DNA of 63,254 bases, filler included, from Craspedostauros australis (Eukaryota), in assembly GCA_030167865.1 (NCBI GenBank). It is 8 parts of 8 records of this genome, joined end to end, with 100 filler letters (N's around TTAATTAATTAA, not from the genome) between each part and the next. Parts side by side here need not be neighbours in the genome. Positions count along the whole stretch, not along the records: positions 1 to 7,413 come from JALAGF010005845.1; positions 7,514 to 11,034 come from JALAGF010005846.1; positions 11,135 to 22,635 come from JALAGF010005847.1; 5 more parts are not named here. One strand, 5' to 3'. Each line of letters begins with the position of its first letter. Positions within the stretch are counted from its first letter, which is position 1. Below the pieces are notes generated by a model that was not told the DNA's origin, made no database searches, and was given only the letters and a program-made list of their open reading frames with translations. Shown one piece after another: positions 1-11,821 of this stretch. The position numbers were made by a program, and so were the translations under genes.

Positions 1-909
1 GAAGAGGTAGATCTCCTTCACTGAAACGAAGCTGGCCGTGGATCCACTGTTGAAGATATGGTTGTTGGTGTGGACTTGAATGGATTCAATGAGTTGCCGT
101 GAGAAGTAAACCTCCAGGATGGTATCAACTGATGGGTTGACACCTCCAACTGACCGGAAGAGTGGCATGTGGGAACTGATGGGGAGTGGCACATAGCCAA
201 CATTTTTGTCGGCTCCATGCACAGGAATGGCTGTGCCATCCGCACCAGTTGCATTGTCATTTGCAATTTCATTGTTGTCCATGATTGTGCCATCTGTAGC
301 AGTTGCTCTGTCAGTAGCCATGGCAGCACCGATGAAAGTGGTGTGATCTGCACCCATTGATCCATCATTGCTGGGTGTGCCATTGTTGCTGGGCATGCCA
401 TCGTTGCTGGGCGTGCCATCGTTGCTGGGCGTGCCATTGTTGCTTGGTGTGCCATCATTGCTTGGTGTGCCATCGTGGCTGGGCATGCCATCGTGGCTGG
501 GCGTGCCATCGTGGCTGGCTGTGCCATCATTGGTGTCATTGGCTGCAATTGTGCCGATTCTCTCATGATGGCTTTTTCGCCTCAACGCAAGTTTGCGTTT
601 GAGGCGGTTGAGGATGCGACTGCTGCGCCTGTTGCTTTCGATTCTGCTTGCGGTGCTGCTGATGGTGGTGGTACCAGCCACGCTGATGCAGGCACTGTTG
701 CCGTTGCATACTCCCTTGCTGCTCACAGTTGGTGCTCCTGCAGAGCGGTTTCCTGTTGCTCCAGTAGTAGCATGAAGCAATTCTTTCCGATTGCCATTGA
801 GGAATACCACAAAGGGTTCGGCACAACTGTAGCTTGCCGCGCCAATTAGGGGAGGCTTGGATGCTTTGACGTGCTTGGATGTGGGAGAGGACGGAGATGA
901 TGTGGGCAT
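1..909 (-). mobile_element. piggyBac-like (DDE_Tnp_1_7-type) transposase, N-terminal part, runs off the window edge
   Basis: Hand translation from ATG at 909 is open to position 1 (303 codons; missing from the ORF track because it has no stop). It ends ILEVYFSRQLIESIQVHTNNHI...VSVKEIYLF, resembling the piggyBac core start F..FF...LI..IV..TN......T..EI..F. Catalytic residues lie outside the window. Confidence 0.55.
364..540 (-). repeat. 18-nt coding tandem repeat, ~9 copies, encoding (N/H)DG(T/M)PS
   Basis: TGCCATCGTTGCTGGGCG-like units; in the 909-1 frame they read DGTASHDGTPSHDGMPSHDGTPSNDGTPSNNGTPSN... Confidence 0.9.
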
Positions 910-2121
910 GGCCGCGGGTGGACGAGATCTGGCTGTGCTTGTGTTGTGATGGGCGATCGATGATGTGGCATCGTTGGAATTGTGATTTCAATTTTGTGAT
1001 CAACAATCGTGACGANNNNNNNNNNNNNNNNNNNNNNNNNNNNNNNNNNNNNNNNNNNNNNNNNNNNNNNNNNNNNNNNNNNNNNNNNNNNNNNNNNNNN
1101 NNNNNNNNNNNNNNNNNNNNNNNNNNNNNNNNNNNNNNNNNNNNNNNNNNNNNNNNNNNNNNNNNNNNNNNNNNGCATCCATGGAGCTGTATGAACACGC
1201 ATGCCAAGTGATGCATGCGAAAACGGCGATCGAGTTGAGAGACGTGAGCGATGTGAGCGATGTGAGCACCGAAAAAATCATTGATGTGTCGCGAAAATCA
1301 GCGATGATGGCCTCGCTGATGAGTTTTCCCGTCAGTCCCGTCGCTGAAAAAACGATTCACGAGTACTTCGGAGGCCGATGGCGACNNNNNNNNNNNNNNN
1401 NNNNNNNNNNNNNNNNNNNNNNNNNNNNNNNNNNNNNNNNNNNGGATTCCGTTGGTACAAGAAAAGTGGAGGGGTACATGTAAAAGTTGCGGTCAAAAAC
1501 GGAATGGGGTGAGAATGAAATTTATATTGGATCGAAGTAATCCCCTAGGTCACGAAGGGATAGTCTATTCTACGCTATGTTTTATCCGTATCCTTGTCCT
1601 CATGCAACAGAGGATAAAGGTCAGCGATTCATTCGACGTCTGGCTTGATTCCAAGAGCGTCTCGCGTCTGTTCCATCGCGTCTGTTCGTGGCGACGAATA
1701 CGGCAGACCATTCCTTGGCAGGGCGTCGGATTCTCCGTGCCGCCACGGAATCGAAACATACCACATCGATGCTGGAGAGATGGCTACAGTGTTTGGTATT
1801 GGTAGAGGGTGGAGGCCTTCCCAGCACTCTACTCGTACTCATGCAGCGTCCGTAATCGTACAAGCTATGGTACAACCTTTGGCATGAGGTGCTTCGCGAC
1901 GCATCTGCCTCCTCTCCGCACGTCTGAATGCGTTCTGCAAAGAAAAATGGAATCGCGGAAAAGTTGGCGCGCAAATTTGGAACCCACAACATCAACACCA
2001 CACCACGTCCAGTTCGTGAGCACACACACACACAACCGCCAAAAGATACTCTGCTCTTGTTTTCTTGCTCTCCTTCATAAATTCCGACGCAGACCGATCC
2101 AGGGCACGACAGACCGGGACG

Positions 2122-3270
2122 ATGAATCCATCCATGAATATCGGAGACGGCGGGCTGGTCCGCCGCAACTCCATCCGACACCAATTCGCAGCTTTGGAAC
2201 GCGACAAGGACGCTTTCCAAAAGGAGATGGACAAGGCAGAGCGGGAGCGACGGTCCATCGAAGGCGTGCTGCGGGAACTGAAGGTGAAGCAGCGCACCTT
2301 GACGCAGCAAAAGCACGCGGCGAAGGAAACGCTCGGCGGTGTTTCGAAGAAGTCTGCTTTCCTGAATCATGAAAAGCGACGGCTGGGCAGAATCATGAAC
2401 AACGAGACCAAGGCTCTCAAAGGTGAGTCGCCGACCCAGCGTGCACGCAGCCAGCAAGCCCACCAAGACACGATCTCTGCTCAGGGCTATCCACTCCCTG
2501 TGTGCTCCTGCTCTTGGTCGACATGCCGGAAAAGTCGAAGGCTCAAACACAACCACCGGGAGTACGTGGCATCGCCATGGTACGAGCACACTCGGCGAGT
2601 TCCCACTTTGGAAGATGTGATGGGTGTGCCATTCATCCGCCTGCCATTCGTCTTGGCTTCTCATAAGTGCTGTTCTCCGCTTTTCTCCATTCCCGATGCT
2701 GTGCTGGCTTCCATCACACGATGCCGCATTGTGCTGCCTATGGCCCACCATACCCCACTCTATGTCCTATTCCCTCGCACAACACTCCACGCATCGCTTG
2801 CCATCGATGCAGACTGCGCGAAGCACTATCAAATGCTCAAGGATGAGATCGCCAAGGATCAGGAGAACTTCGTGACAGATGCGGACAAGCTCAGTGACGA
2901 GTATGCCAAGTGTCTGGAATTGAAAACTGCGATCTTGGCGCGCCCATATCTCTCGGTGAAATCCGTTCAGGATGTCGCAGCAAAGAATGGAAGCTTGTGG
3001 TCTGCGGTACCAAGCTCCCACTCCTTCAACATGTTGAGCGATGCGAACGGGCGACTTGTGCGAGAGGAGCAAGCGCATACTGCCGCCAAGCAACGGCTCG
3101 ATACCCTTCAGTCCATCGCGAACAAGCATATGCCCACGATGACGGAATGGGGACCCGCCAACGTTGAGTGGAATGGTGAGATGGGCGAAGAGTCTCCTCC
3201 CGGACCAGGCGCCGCAGTAGGGAGAGCCAACCTGGACGCATTTTACGGTTCACAACCTGACGACTGCTAA
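2122..3270 (+). CDS. Coiled-coil protein of unknown function, exons 2122-2422 and 2813-3270
   Basis: Heptad-rich sequence (FAALERDKDAFQKEMDKAERERRSIEGVLRELKVKQ). Donor AAAG|GTGAGT at 2423 and acceptor TGCAG| at 2812 define a 390-nt intron whose removal gives ...ALKDCAKHYQMLK. Confidence 0.65.
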   Translation: MNPSMNIGDGGLVRRNSIRHQFAALERDKDAFQKEMDKAERERRSIEGVLRELKVKQRTLTQQKHAAKETLGGVSKKSAFLNHEKRRLGRIMNNETKALKGESPTQRARSQQAHQDTISAQGYPLPVCSCSWSTCRKSRRLKHNHREYVASPWYEHTRRVPTLEDVMGVPFIRLPFVLASHKCCSPLFSIPDAVLASITRCRIVLPMAHHTPLYVLFPRTTLHASLAIDADCAKHYQMLKDEIAKDQENFVTDADKLSDEYAKCLELKTAILARPYLSVKSVQDVAAKNGSLWSAVPSSHSFNMLSDANGRLVREEQAHTAAKQRLDTLQSIANKHMPTMTEWGPANVEWNGEMGEESPPGPGAAVGRANLDAFYGSQPDDC

Positions 3271-3742
3271 TGTATGGCGAATAACGAAGAATGCAGCGCC
3301 GTTTCGATTTGATTCGATTCGTCCAATGCCGACGCGCGAGAGGGGTCATCAGCGCATGCATGCACATCACCTAAATGGCAGCACTTCAAGGATACAGATA
3401 TGTCATTCGACAGAACCATCAACATGCAATGCGCTACAGAGTAATGAGCAACCACCAATCAACAAGCATACGTAGCGCCTCTCTTTGCCAAAAAGCGCGT
3501 ACGAAGATAGGCACCATCCTTCATGTATGCATAAGTTCCTGCTGAACATGTGTTGGCTTATATTGTTTTGCTTTGTTTGGTGGGATTGAACGCTCTGCGT
3601 GCGCTCGTTTTGGTCCCCGAATGCTCGGCTGTATGCTGTATGCTGGGTTCGTCGGTGTGTGCGGGGTGCGCATTTTCATCATCGGTTCTACTCAGCGGCG
3701 AGATGTCTGTAGCGCGCACGAATTGCGCTTGCTTTGCCACAT

Positions 3743-6700
3743 CTAGTCACGCTCGTAGTTCAAGATGGGCGACAACCAGCGCTCGCAGCGGGACAGCTCC
3801 ATCTCCTTGCGCTTTGCGTAGCTCTCAACTTGATCCTTTCCGATCTGCCCAACCGCGAAGTACTCGGATTGTGGATGGGCAAAGACCAGGGCCGAAACGG
3901 AGGCAGCTGGCATCATGCTGAGGGAGTCGCTGAGGTCGATGCCCGCCAGCTCCTTGACTCTGACCAAGTCCCACATGGGGCGCTTTTCGGTGTGATCTGG
4001 CTGGGATGGGTAGCCTGGAGCTGGACGGATACCATCGTACTTGATCTTTAAGAGATCGGCCTCGTCGAGAGACTCACCCTTGGCGTAACCCCACATCTCG
4101 GTACGGATTTCGCGATGGAGGTACTCGGCGAAGGCTTCGACGAAACGATCGGCCAGGGCCTGGGCCATGATCTTGGAGAAGTCGTCGTTGTCGGCCTCGT
4201 ACTTCCGAACAAGGGCGTCGCAGCCGAAGCAAGACACAGCGAAGAAGCCGATGTGGTCCTTGTATCCCTTTGGAGCGATGAAGTCGGCCTGGGACATGTA
4301 CGGGTCATCAGATTCCTTCTCCGCCTGCTGTCGGAGCATGCAGTACTTGGTGGCGATCTTGCCTTGTTCACGGTCTTCTTCGGTGAGGAAGACGTCGACG
4401 TCTTCGCCGTCCTCGCTGCGGTTGGCAGGGTGGAGTCCCACAACTCCCTTCAACGTCAGGGAGCCGTCGGCGATGATCTCCTTCATCATGGCCTGTGCGT
4501 CATCGAAGAGCTTCTTGGCTTCCGAACCGACGGTTGCGTCGTTGAAGATCTTGGGGTAACCACGGTTGGGGTATCGACCACGCAGCTCCCAAGTTTGGAA
4601 GAAGGGGTTCCAGTCCATGTATGGCACAACATCGGCGACCTTGATGTTGTCAATGACAGTGATTCCCAGCTTGGCTGGAACGGGTGCTGGCGGTGCATCA
4701 TCGAAGTCGATCTTGTACTTGTTCTCCTTCGCTTGATCGAAGGTGAGGAAGTGACGGTCTTCCAGTCCAGCGTAGTAGTCTTCTCGCATCTCTTCGTACT
4801 CTTCATCCAACTCGTCGACGAATTCGGCCTTGTTTTCTCCAAGCAACGAGGACACGACTGTGACAGATCTGGATGCATCCAGCACATGAATCACCGGATG
4901 CAGCGAGGTGAAGTAGCTCGGCGCTACCTTGACGGCGGTGTGCATCTTGGAGGTGGTGGCACCACCGATCAGGAGTGGCTGCTTGAAGCCTCCCTTCGAG
5001 AGTTCCTTGGCGACGACCACCATCTCATCGAGCGATGGTGTGATCAACCCGGAGAGACCGATCACGTCAACTTTGTATTCCTTGGCCTTCTCGAGGATCT
5101 TCTCACACGAGACCATGACTCCGATGTCATAAACCTTGAAGTTGTTGCAACCGAGCACGACGGCCACGATGTTCTTTCCAATGTCGTGGACGTCACCCTT
5201 GACGGTTGCCATCAGCACCTTGCCGGCGTAGTTAGAGTCGTCGTTGGCATCGACCGTGCTCGGGTCGATGCCCTCGTCGATCATCTTCTGCTTCTTCTCT
5301 TCCTCCATGAATGGGAGAAGGTAGGCGACGGCCTTCTTCATCACGCGTGCGGACTTGATGACCTGCGGTAAGAACATCTTTCCTGAACCGAAGAGGTCAC
5401 CGACAATGTTCATACCATCCATCAATGGACCTTCGATAACGTCGAGTGGTTTGTCGCATATCTGGCGGGCCTCTTCGACATCGCCATCGACGTACTGCGA
5501 GATACCGTTCACCAGGGCATGTTCCAAGCGCTTGACGGCATCGAAGTCTCTCCAGGATGTCTCCTTGACAGTGACGACGCCTCCCTTCTTCCTTGCTTCG
5601 ATGGCGTCCTTCTCCTTCTTGGTCAGCTCCAACATCTTCTCCGTGGCATCCTCGTTCTTGTTGAAAACGAGGTCCTCGCATGCGGCCTTCAGTTCCGGTT
5701 CGACTTCGCTGAGCGCCAGCATTTCCTTGGCGTTCACGATACCGACGTCCATTCCAGAGTTCAAGATCGCCTCATGCAAGAACACAGCGTGGATGGACTC
5801 GCGGATCTTCGTCACACCACGGAAGCCAAACGAAAGGTTCGAGATACCTCCGCTGATCTTCACGTATGGACATTGCTCCTTGATCACCTTCGTGGCGTTG
5901 ATGAAATCAACGCCGTAGTTCGAGTGCTCCTCCATTCCTGTTCCGATCGTCAACACGTTCGGATCGAAGATGATGTCTTCAGGTGGGAAGCGGACCTTGT
6001 TCACCAGGATGTCATACGAACGCTTGCAGATGCGGATCTTCTCATCCGCAGTGGCGGCCTGACCTTCCTCATCGAAGGCCATCACCACCACTGCTGCTCC
6101 GTGCTTGCGCAGCAGAGTCGCATGCTCCATGAACAGCTCTTCTCCGACCTTCAGGGAGATGGAGTTCACGATGGGCTTGCCCTGGCACCACTTCAGTCCG
6201 GCCATCACGATCTCGAACTTCGATGCGTCGAGCATGAATGGAACCTTCGACACTTCTGGCTCGGTGATGGCGATCTTCACGAACTTCTGCATGGCAGCGA
6301 GTCCATCGAGCATACCATCATCGACGTTGATGTCGATCACGTGGGCTCCATCTTCGACCTGATGCTTGGCGATGTCCATGGCGGTTGCGTAGTCGCCAGC
6401 CATCATCAGCTTCTTGAATCGGATCGATCCAGCGATGTTGCATCGCTCTCCGACGTTCAGGAATGGAAGACCGAGGTGGTTGTGGACGTCATCCACCACA
6501 AGATCCTCAAGACCAGACAGCCACATCTTGGGGCGTCCCACATCTGGGAGCTTGCGGGGCTTGTAGCTCTCGGATGCCTCGCGGATGGCCTTGATGTGTT
6601 CTGGTGTGGATCCGCAGCATCCTCCCACCATGTTCAGCCATCCGTTCTCGAAGAACACACGGTTTCCTTCGGCCATATCGGATGGGGTCTCATCGTATCC

Positions 6701-7413
6701 TCCCATGGCATTTGGAAGACCAGCATTCGAGTACACGTGCATGAAGCACTCCACACACTTGGCCAGTCTCTCCACGAATGGGACCATGTGCTCGGCACCC
6801 AAGGCACAGTTCAAACCAACGCACATGGGCTTGCTGTGGCGGATGGATGCGTAAAACGCCTCTCCGGTCTGTCCGGACAGGGTACGGCCAGATTGATCGA
6901 CGAGGGTTCCAGAGACGAACAGCGGCATGTCGATGCCAGTGATCTCGAGGAACTCTCCCACGGCGTAGACGGCTGCCTTGGCGTTGAGGGTATCGAAGAT
7001 GGTCTCGACCATCAGGATGTCACAACCTCCATCGACCAATCCCACGATCTGTTCGAAGTACGCTTCCACAAGCTCGTCGAAGTCGACGTTGCGAACGGAT
7101 GGATCCTCAACGGATGGCGAGATGGATCCTGTGCGGTTGGTCGGTCCCATGGCTCCCACCACGAAGCGTGGCTTGGTTGGGTCCTTGGCTGTGACTTCGT
7201 CACACACCTCACGAGCGAGACGGGCGGACTCGTAGTTGAGCTCGTATGCGTATGCCTCCATCTCGTAGTCAGCTTGGGCGATGGTGGTGGATGAGAAGGT
7301 GTTGGTTCCGATCAGGTCGGATCCTCCCACCTCGAGGTACTGCTTGTAGATGCCCTGGATGACGTCTGGACGGGTGATGCTGAGCATGTCGTTGTTTCCC
7401 TTGACGTTGCATG
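3743..7413 (-). CDS. METH: Cobalamin-dependent methionine synthase, 5' end cut by contig edge
   Basis: KGNNDML, TNTFS, GLNC, SNAGLPN, GGCCG (Hcy/Zn domain); GERCN, DINVD (folate domain); [11 protein letters not shown] and GLSGLITPS (B12 binding); [12 protein letters not shown] (AdoMet reactivation domain). Confidence 0.97.
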
Positions 7414-7513
7414 NNNNNNNNNNNNNNNNNNNNNNNNNNNNNNNNNNNNNNNNNNNNTTAATTAATTAANNNNNNNNNNNNNNNNNNNNNNNNNNNNNNN
7501 NNNNNNNNNNNNN
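7414..7513. other. Artificial contig spacer (44N-TTAATTAATTAA-44N); same spacer at 11035-11134, 22636-22735, 30903-31002, 35412-35511, 51164-51263 and 56249-56348
   Basis: Identical 100-nt structure with a six-frame-stop 12-mer occurs seven times, and genes are truncated at it. Confidence 0.97.
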
Positions 7514-10500
7514 GTTGTTGATCCGTCATCCCATTGTACAATGACATTGTATCGGGACCCCTTGTAGGTCTTGGCGTTCGGAGCGAGGGGTCCTTCGTGG
7601 CCGATGATGCCTTGGAATCCCCATACTCCGTCTTCGTCGTCTTCGTTGCGTTCGAGCTGCTGTTCGATGATGTCGGACAGCTGGACATAGGAGATGAGTT
7701 CGTTGGTGGCTCCATCGTCGAAGGCGAGCAACATCTTGATTCGCTGGTGGTTCGCAGCATCTGCATCGTTGACGCGTTGGATGACTTCGGCCTTGACTCT
7801 CTGTCCGTCACGGTCGTACAGGAAGGTCTTGCCGATGAGATCCTCTGGCGTGAATCGAGGGATGGAGACTCTTGCCATGTCCGCCGTTCCAGGATCGGAC
7901 TCCGCAGAAGCGAAAAGAACGGCGTCTGCGAGGGAATGGATAACTGGTTGCATTCCATCAGGTATTGGGACGTCGTCGTCAAGCTCCCCATCATCAGGTG
8001 GGTTCGTGTCCGAGCCGTCTTCCTCCCCAACGTCGGCCAGGGGAAAGTCGACACGCAGGTTGCGGGAGCCGTGCTCGTCGGCTGCACGGATCGAGGACCG
8101 TGGGAGGAGCTGTTGGGTGTCATCGTCCAACACCCAGAAGGTCAGTTCGTCACCCTTGTGGAGGCAGGGTCCAGCCCATCTCCCTTTTCGTTCCTTGGAC
8201 TGGCTGGGAAAGCCAGGCTTCTCCACGCGGTAGTACACCGGCTGCCACCATCGGTAGGCAAGGAATTTGCTCACATCGGGACGGTGTCCGTAGGCTGCCT
8301 GCATTGGCGTGACGTTACCCGCTGTGCGTTGAGCCAAGTGGTTGAAGAGCACAATGACATACATGGTGCATATGAGCCAGAAGCGAGCAGGTGTGCCCGT
8401 CCTNNNNNNNNNNNNNNNNNNNNNNCGCTTGATGTCTTGGATACGCCTCTCTGCGGCGTTCTGGTGCTGGTGCTCCGGCTCGCTCTGATGATCAGCGATG
8501 GAGTACTGTCGGAGAATGTCTTGGACCTTGAATCCGATCTCGGATTTCGCGTTATCGGACATCAGGAGGTCAGGAGCTCCATGACGCCGGATGAAGTCTN
8601 NNNNNNNNNNNNNNNNNNNNNNNNNNNNNNNNNNNNNNNNNNNNNNNNNCTCCGATGTCATGGGGAATCCTGCGGTGAAGCGAGAATCCACGGCCACGTA
8701 TACTTGCATCATCGTGCTGCCACCATGGCCTGGTACACCATCGTCGTGTGCAGGTGTGTCAGAGAACAATGTGTCCATGGCAACGGTCTCGTGGAGTCTG
8801 TCCACGTTCGCGGCAGGGAATCTGGTCTTGAAGTGCTTTCTCATGGTGAACCGCTCGGAGGTGCGGTACCATTGGGACGTGCACTTGAGAGTGTCTTGGA
8901 CTCTTCTGGCCGGGATCCATCCGAAGTACGGACGGAGGGCCTCATAGTCGANNNNNNNNNNNNNNNNNNNNNNNNNNNNNNNNNNNNNNNNNNNNNNNNN
9001 NNNNNNNNNNNNNNNNNNNNNNNNNNNNNNNNNNNNNNNNNNNNNNNNNNNNNNNNNNNNNNNNNNNNNNNGCAAAGTGAACTCGTGGTCGAGAGTGGAT
9101 GGGTCCCACTCTTCGTCGGCAGTGAAATCCACGTGAGGGTACGTGTCAATCTCCTTGCGTGTAGGAGGTCTCATGTCCATGTAGGACAGGCCCTGTCGGA
9201 TGGAGAGAGGGATCACATGCCCATCAGGCACGATGATTGTCTGTCTCCCTCCAGGGAGTTCGCGAGGACGCTCGTTGACATCGAGACCGAATGCACCGAG
9301 CTGATTCGTCGAGTGAATCGTCTTGCCCTTGCCATAGAGGGCGTATTGGTGGAACTTCGCGATGATAGGTCCCTCGGTGGACATGACGAGTCCAGCGACC
9401 GTTCCGATGTCCAGATTGACGATTGCGGTGTCTCCAATTCCGCTGATGTCGGCGGTATGGTTGGTACGGCTGATGATAGTCACATCATCGCCTGCCAATC
9501 CTCCATTCGCACCGCTGTCGATCAGGGAACCGGGCTTCGCAACATCGGTCTTGTTGAAGCTGTATTGCAGAACTGTGGCCTGGACAACACAGTAGATCTT
9601 GCCCTGGATGATGACTTCGTCAGAAGTGTTGGTGTTGGTCGTGGCATTGGCCAGCATGCGCTTGATGGCATCGCCGGGGAGTTCGTCAGATCCGGCACTG
9701 CCGGAGGTCGAGGTGGACTTGGCTTGCCCACCACCCCCATTGCCAGTGGTGGATGTCTTGTTGGCCTGTCTGTTCGATGCATCCCTGGTGTACTTGGGAT
9801 CCCAAGTACCCTTGGACTGCATGTGGGCCTTCTTCTGATCCCAGGTCATTTGTTTCCATTCGTTGTCTGGGATTCGCTTGTTCGTGCTCTTGTTCTTGTT
9901 GTTACTTGCGTCCTTGCTTGTGTTGTTGACCCTGCGCTTGGTCTTGTTGCGTGGGACGCGCAGGTCATTGCGCTGTGCGGATCTGCGCACAACACCAAGG
10001 AAGGCATCGAAGTCCAACCTGAAGTTGGTCTTTCCTGTCGCCAACGCCAAGTTGCTCTGGAGAGCATCGGCGTCGTCAAGGGAACAGAAGAGGTCAGCAT
10101 CAGGGGTGATGGCCTCCTTGAGCCACTGGAGCTTCCAATCCTCAGAGACAGGTGCATCCTGGATCTCTTCGAGGTCGTTGATCTTGCTGAGCCAGCTGTT
10201 CACGAAGGCTTCGCGGCTGCTGTTCCANNNNNNNNNNNNNNNNNNNNNNNNNNNNNNNNNNNNNNNNNNNNNNNNNNNNNNNNNNNNNNNNNNNNNNNNN
10301 NNNNNNNNNNNNNNNNNNNNNNNNNNNNNNNNNNNNNNNNNNNNNNNNNNNNNNNNNNNNTGGAGACAGTTGCGGCTCTTCGTGGTCCTGAGACAGTGGG
10401 TCAAGACGTAGAAGAGGAAGGTGCGCTGTTTGTCGAACAGCTCAGACTCGTCTTGGGTTGGGAGGTACTCGGTGTCCACGACGTTCTTCACACCGTGCGC

Positions 10501-11031
10501 TGCAGCGGTGGCTCGGAGACGTCGGTTGAAGACCATGAACTGGTCGTCGCTCTTCAGGATTGGATAGTCACTGAGGTTCCGCTTGATGCCCTTGTCGAAG
10601 GCAGCGGCTCCATCAGAGACAGGTTCAGGAGGTGGTGGTGGTGTCACCATGGACGACATGGTGGGTTCGGGTGTCGGNNTGGAGGCNTCCANGCGNTTCT
10701 TGAGTTCAGCTCTCATGAAGNTCTGGAGCCTNGCAGCATTCAGGTCAAGCCAGACGGAGTCGCCGTCGCCAGCTTGCGCGTCATACCACATTGGGAGTGC
10801 GAGGATCTTGCGAATGTGTAGCGCAGTCAATCGGCATGAGTATGGGTCTCCCGAGGTGGGAGTGAAGTCGCGATGAAGACCGTCGAGGTCTTCCTTGGTG
10901 AGGAAGGTGAGGTCGTCAACATTCTCCACCGCTGCGTCGATGATAACGCAGCGATGGTCGGAGTCGTCGGAGATACCCACGGCCTTGAGGACGTGGTTCA
11001 GTACGGTGATGGGGTCGGTGGGTTCTGTCAT
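7514..11031 (-). mobile_element. Ty1/copia LTR retrotransposon gag-protease-integrase region, diatom CoDi-like; RT not in contig
   Basis: Single ORF with gag-like N-terminus, protease LIDSGANGGLAG, and integrase core (MDTLFSD...SDNAKSE...HQNAAERRIQ). Integrase directly follows protease, which is copia order. Confidence 0.9.
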
Positions 11032-11134
11032 CTTNNNNNNNNNNNNNNNNNNNNNNNNNNNNNNNNNNNNNNNNNNNNTTAATTAATTAANNNNNNNNNN
11101 NNNNNNNNNNNNNNNNNNNNNNNNNNNNNNNNNN

Positions 11135-11676
11135 GTGAAGTACGACAACGAGAAGACCATCTTTATCAACGCCAAGCTACAGACAAGTAACGGTCGCGTG
11201 TACGGAGTCGGAGACTGCTGCTCCGACTTCATGTCCCGCGCCGTCATCCACAACCCCCTGTTCTTGGGCAAGGAGAAGATGTCCAAGCTGCTGATTCCGT
11301 ACACCACATTCACAAGCCAAGAGATCGCGAGCATCGGGCTGTATGGCAAGGATCTGGATGAGCGTGAGATTCCGTGCACCCATCATTGAGAAGCACTTCA
11401 AGGACAACGATTGGGCCATTCTGGATGGCAAGACGAGTCGACAGCAAGGGCATGATCCTCGGTATCTCCGTTGTGGGAGAAGGTGCTGGCAACATGATCT
11501 CCGAAGTCACGCTGGCCATTCAATCTGGCACAAGCATCACCGCGCTATCCGCCGTCATCCATCCTTGTCCGATGACGGCAGAAGTCCTGCGACAGCCGGG
11601 AGACGTCTTCAACAAGGCTCGACTCACGACAACTGTAAAGAAGCTGCTACGCGGTATCGTGAAGCTACAATTCTAA
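11135..11676 (+). pseudogene. Degenerate C-terminal part of a pyridine nucleotide-disulfide oxidoreductase (mercuric reductase/dihydrolipoamide dehydrogenase-like)
   Basis: LQTSNGRVYGVGDC, IPYTTFTSQEIASIGL, GAGNMISEVTLA and VIHPCPMTAE are spread over three frames (shifts near 11380 and 11435). The usual FTH.A segment after GDC and part of the dimerisation domain are missing. Confidence 0.75.
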
Positions 11677-11821
11677 TTGTGGAAATAGGTAGAATGGAAT
11701 GCATGAATCCAACACAACATATCATGCGTACGACTCTCTGACTCAAAGTTACGATGAACGCTGCAGGTTCATTCCATTCTACATTGCATCCCCCTTGCTC
11801 TCACATACCGACGATCGCTGC

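Noticed and set aside
18..566. 182-aa PATMAR-repeat ORF
   Set aside because: Alternative frame of the 18-nt repeat; the 909-1 frame is longer and carries transposase-like motifs.
4115..10821. Long antisense ORFs opposite METH and the copia ORF (also opposite PYC)
   Set aside because: Shadow frames produced by strong codon bias; no independent motifs.
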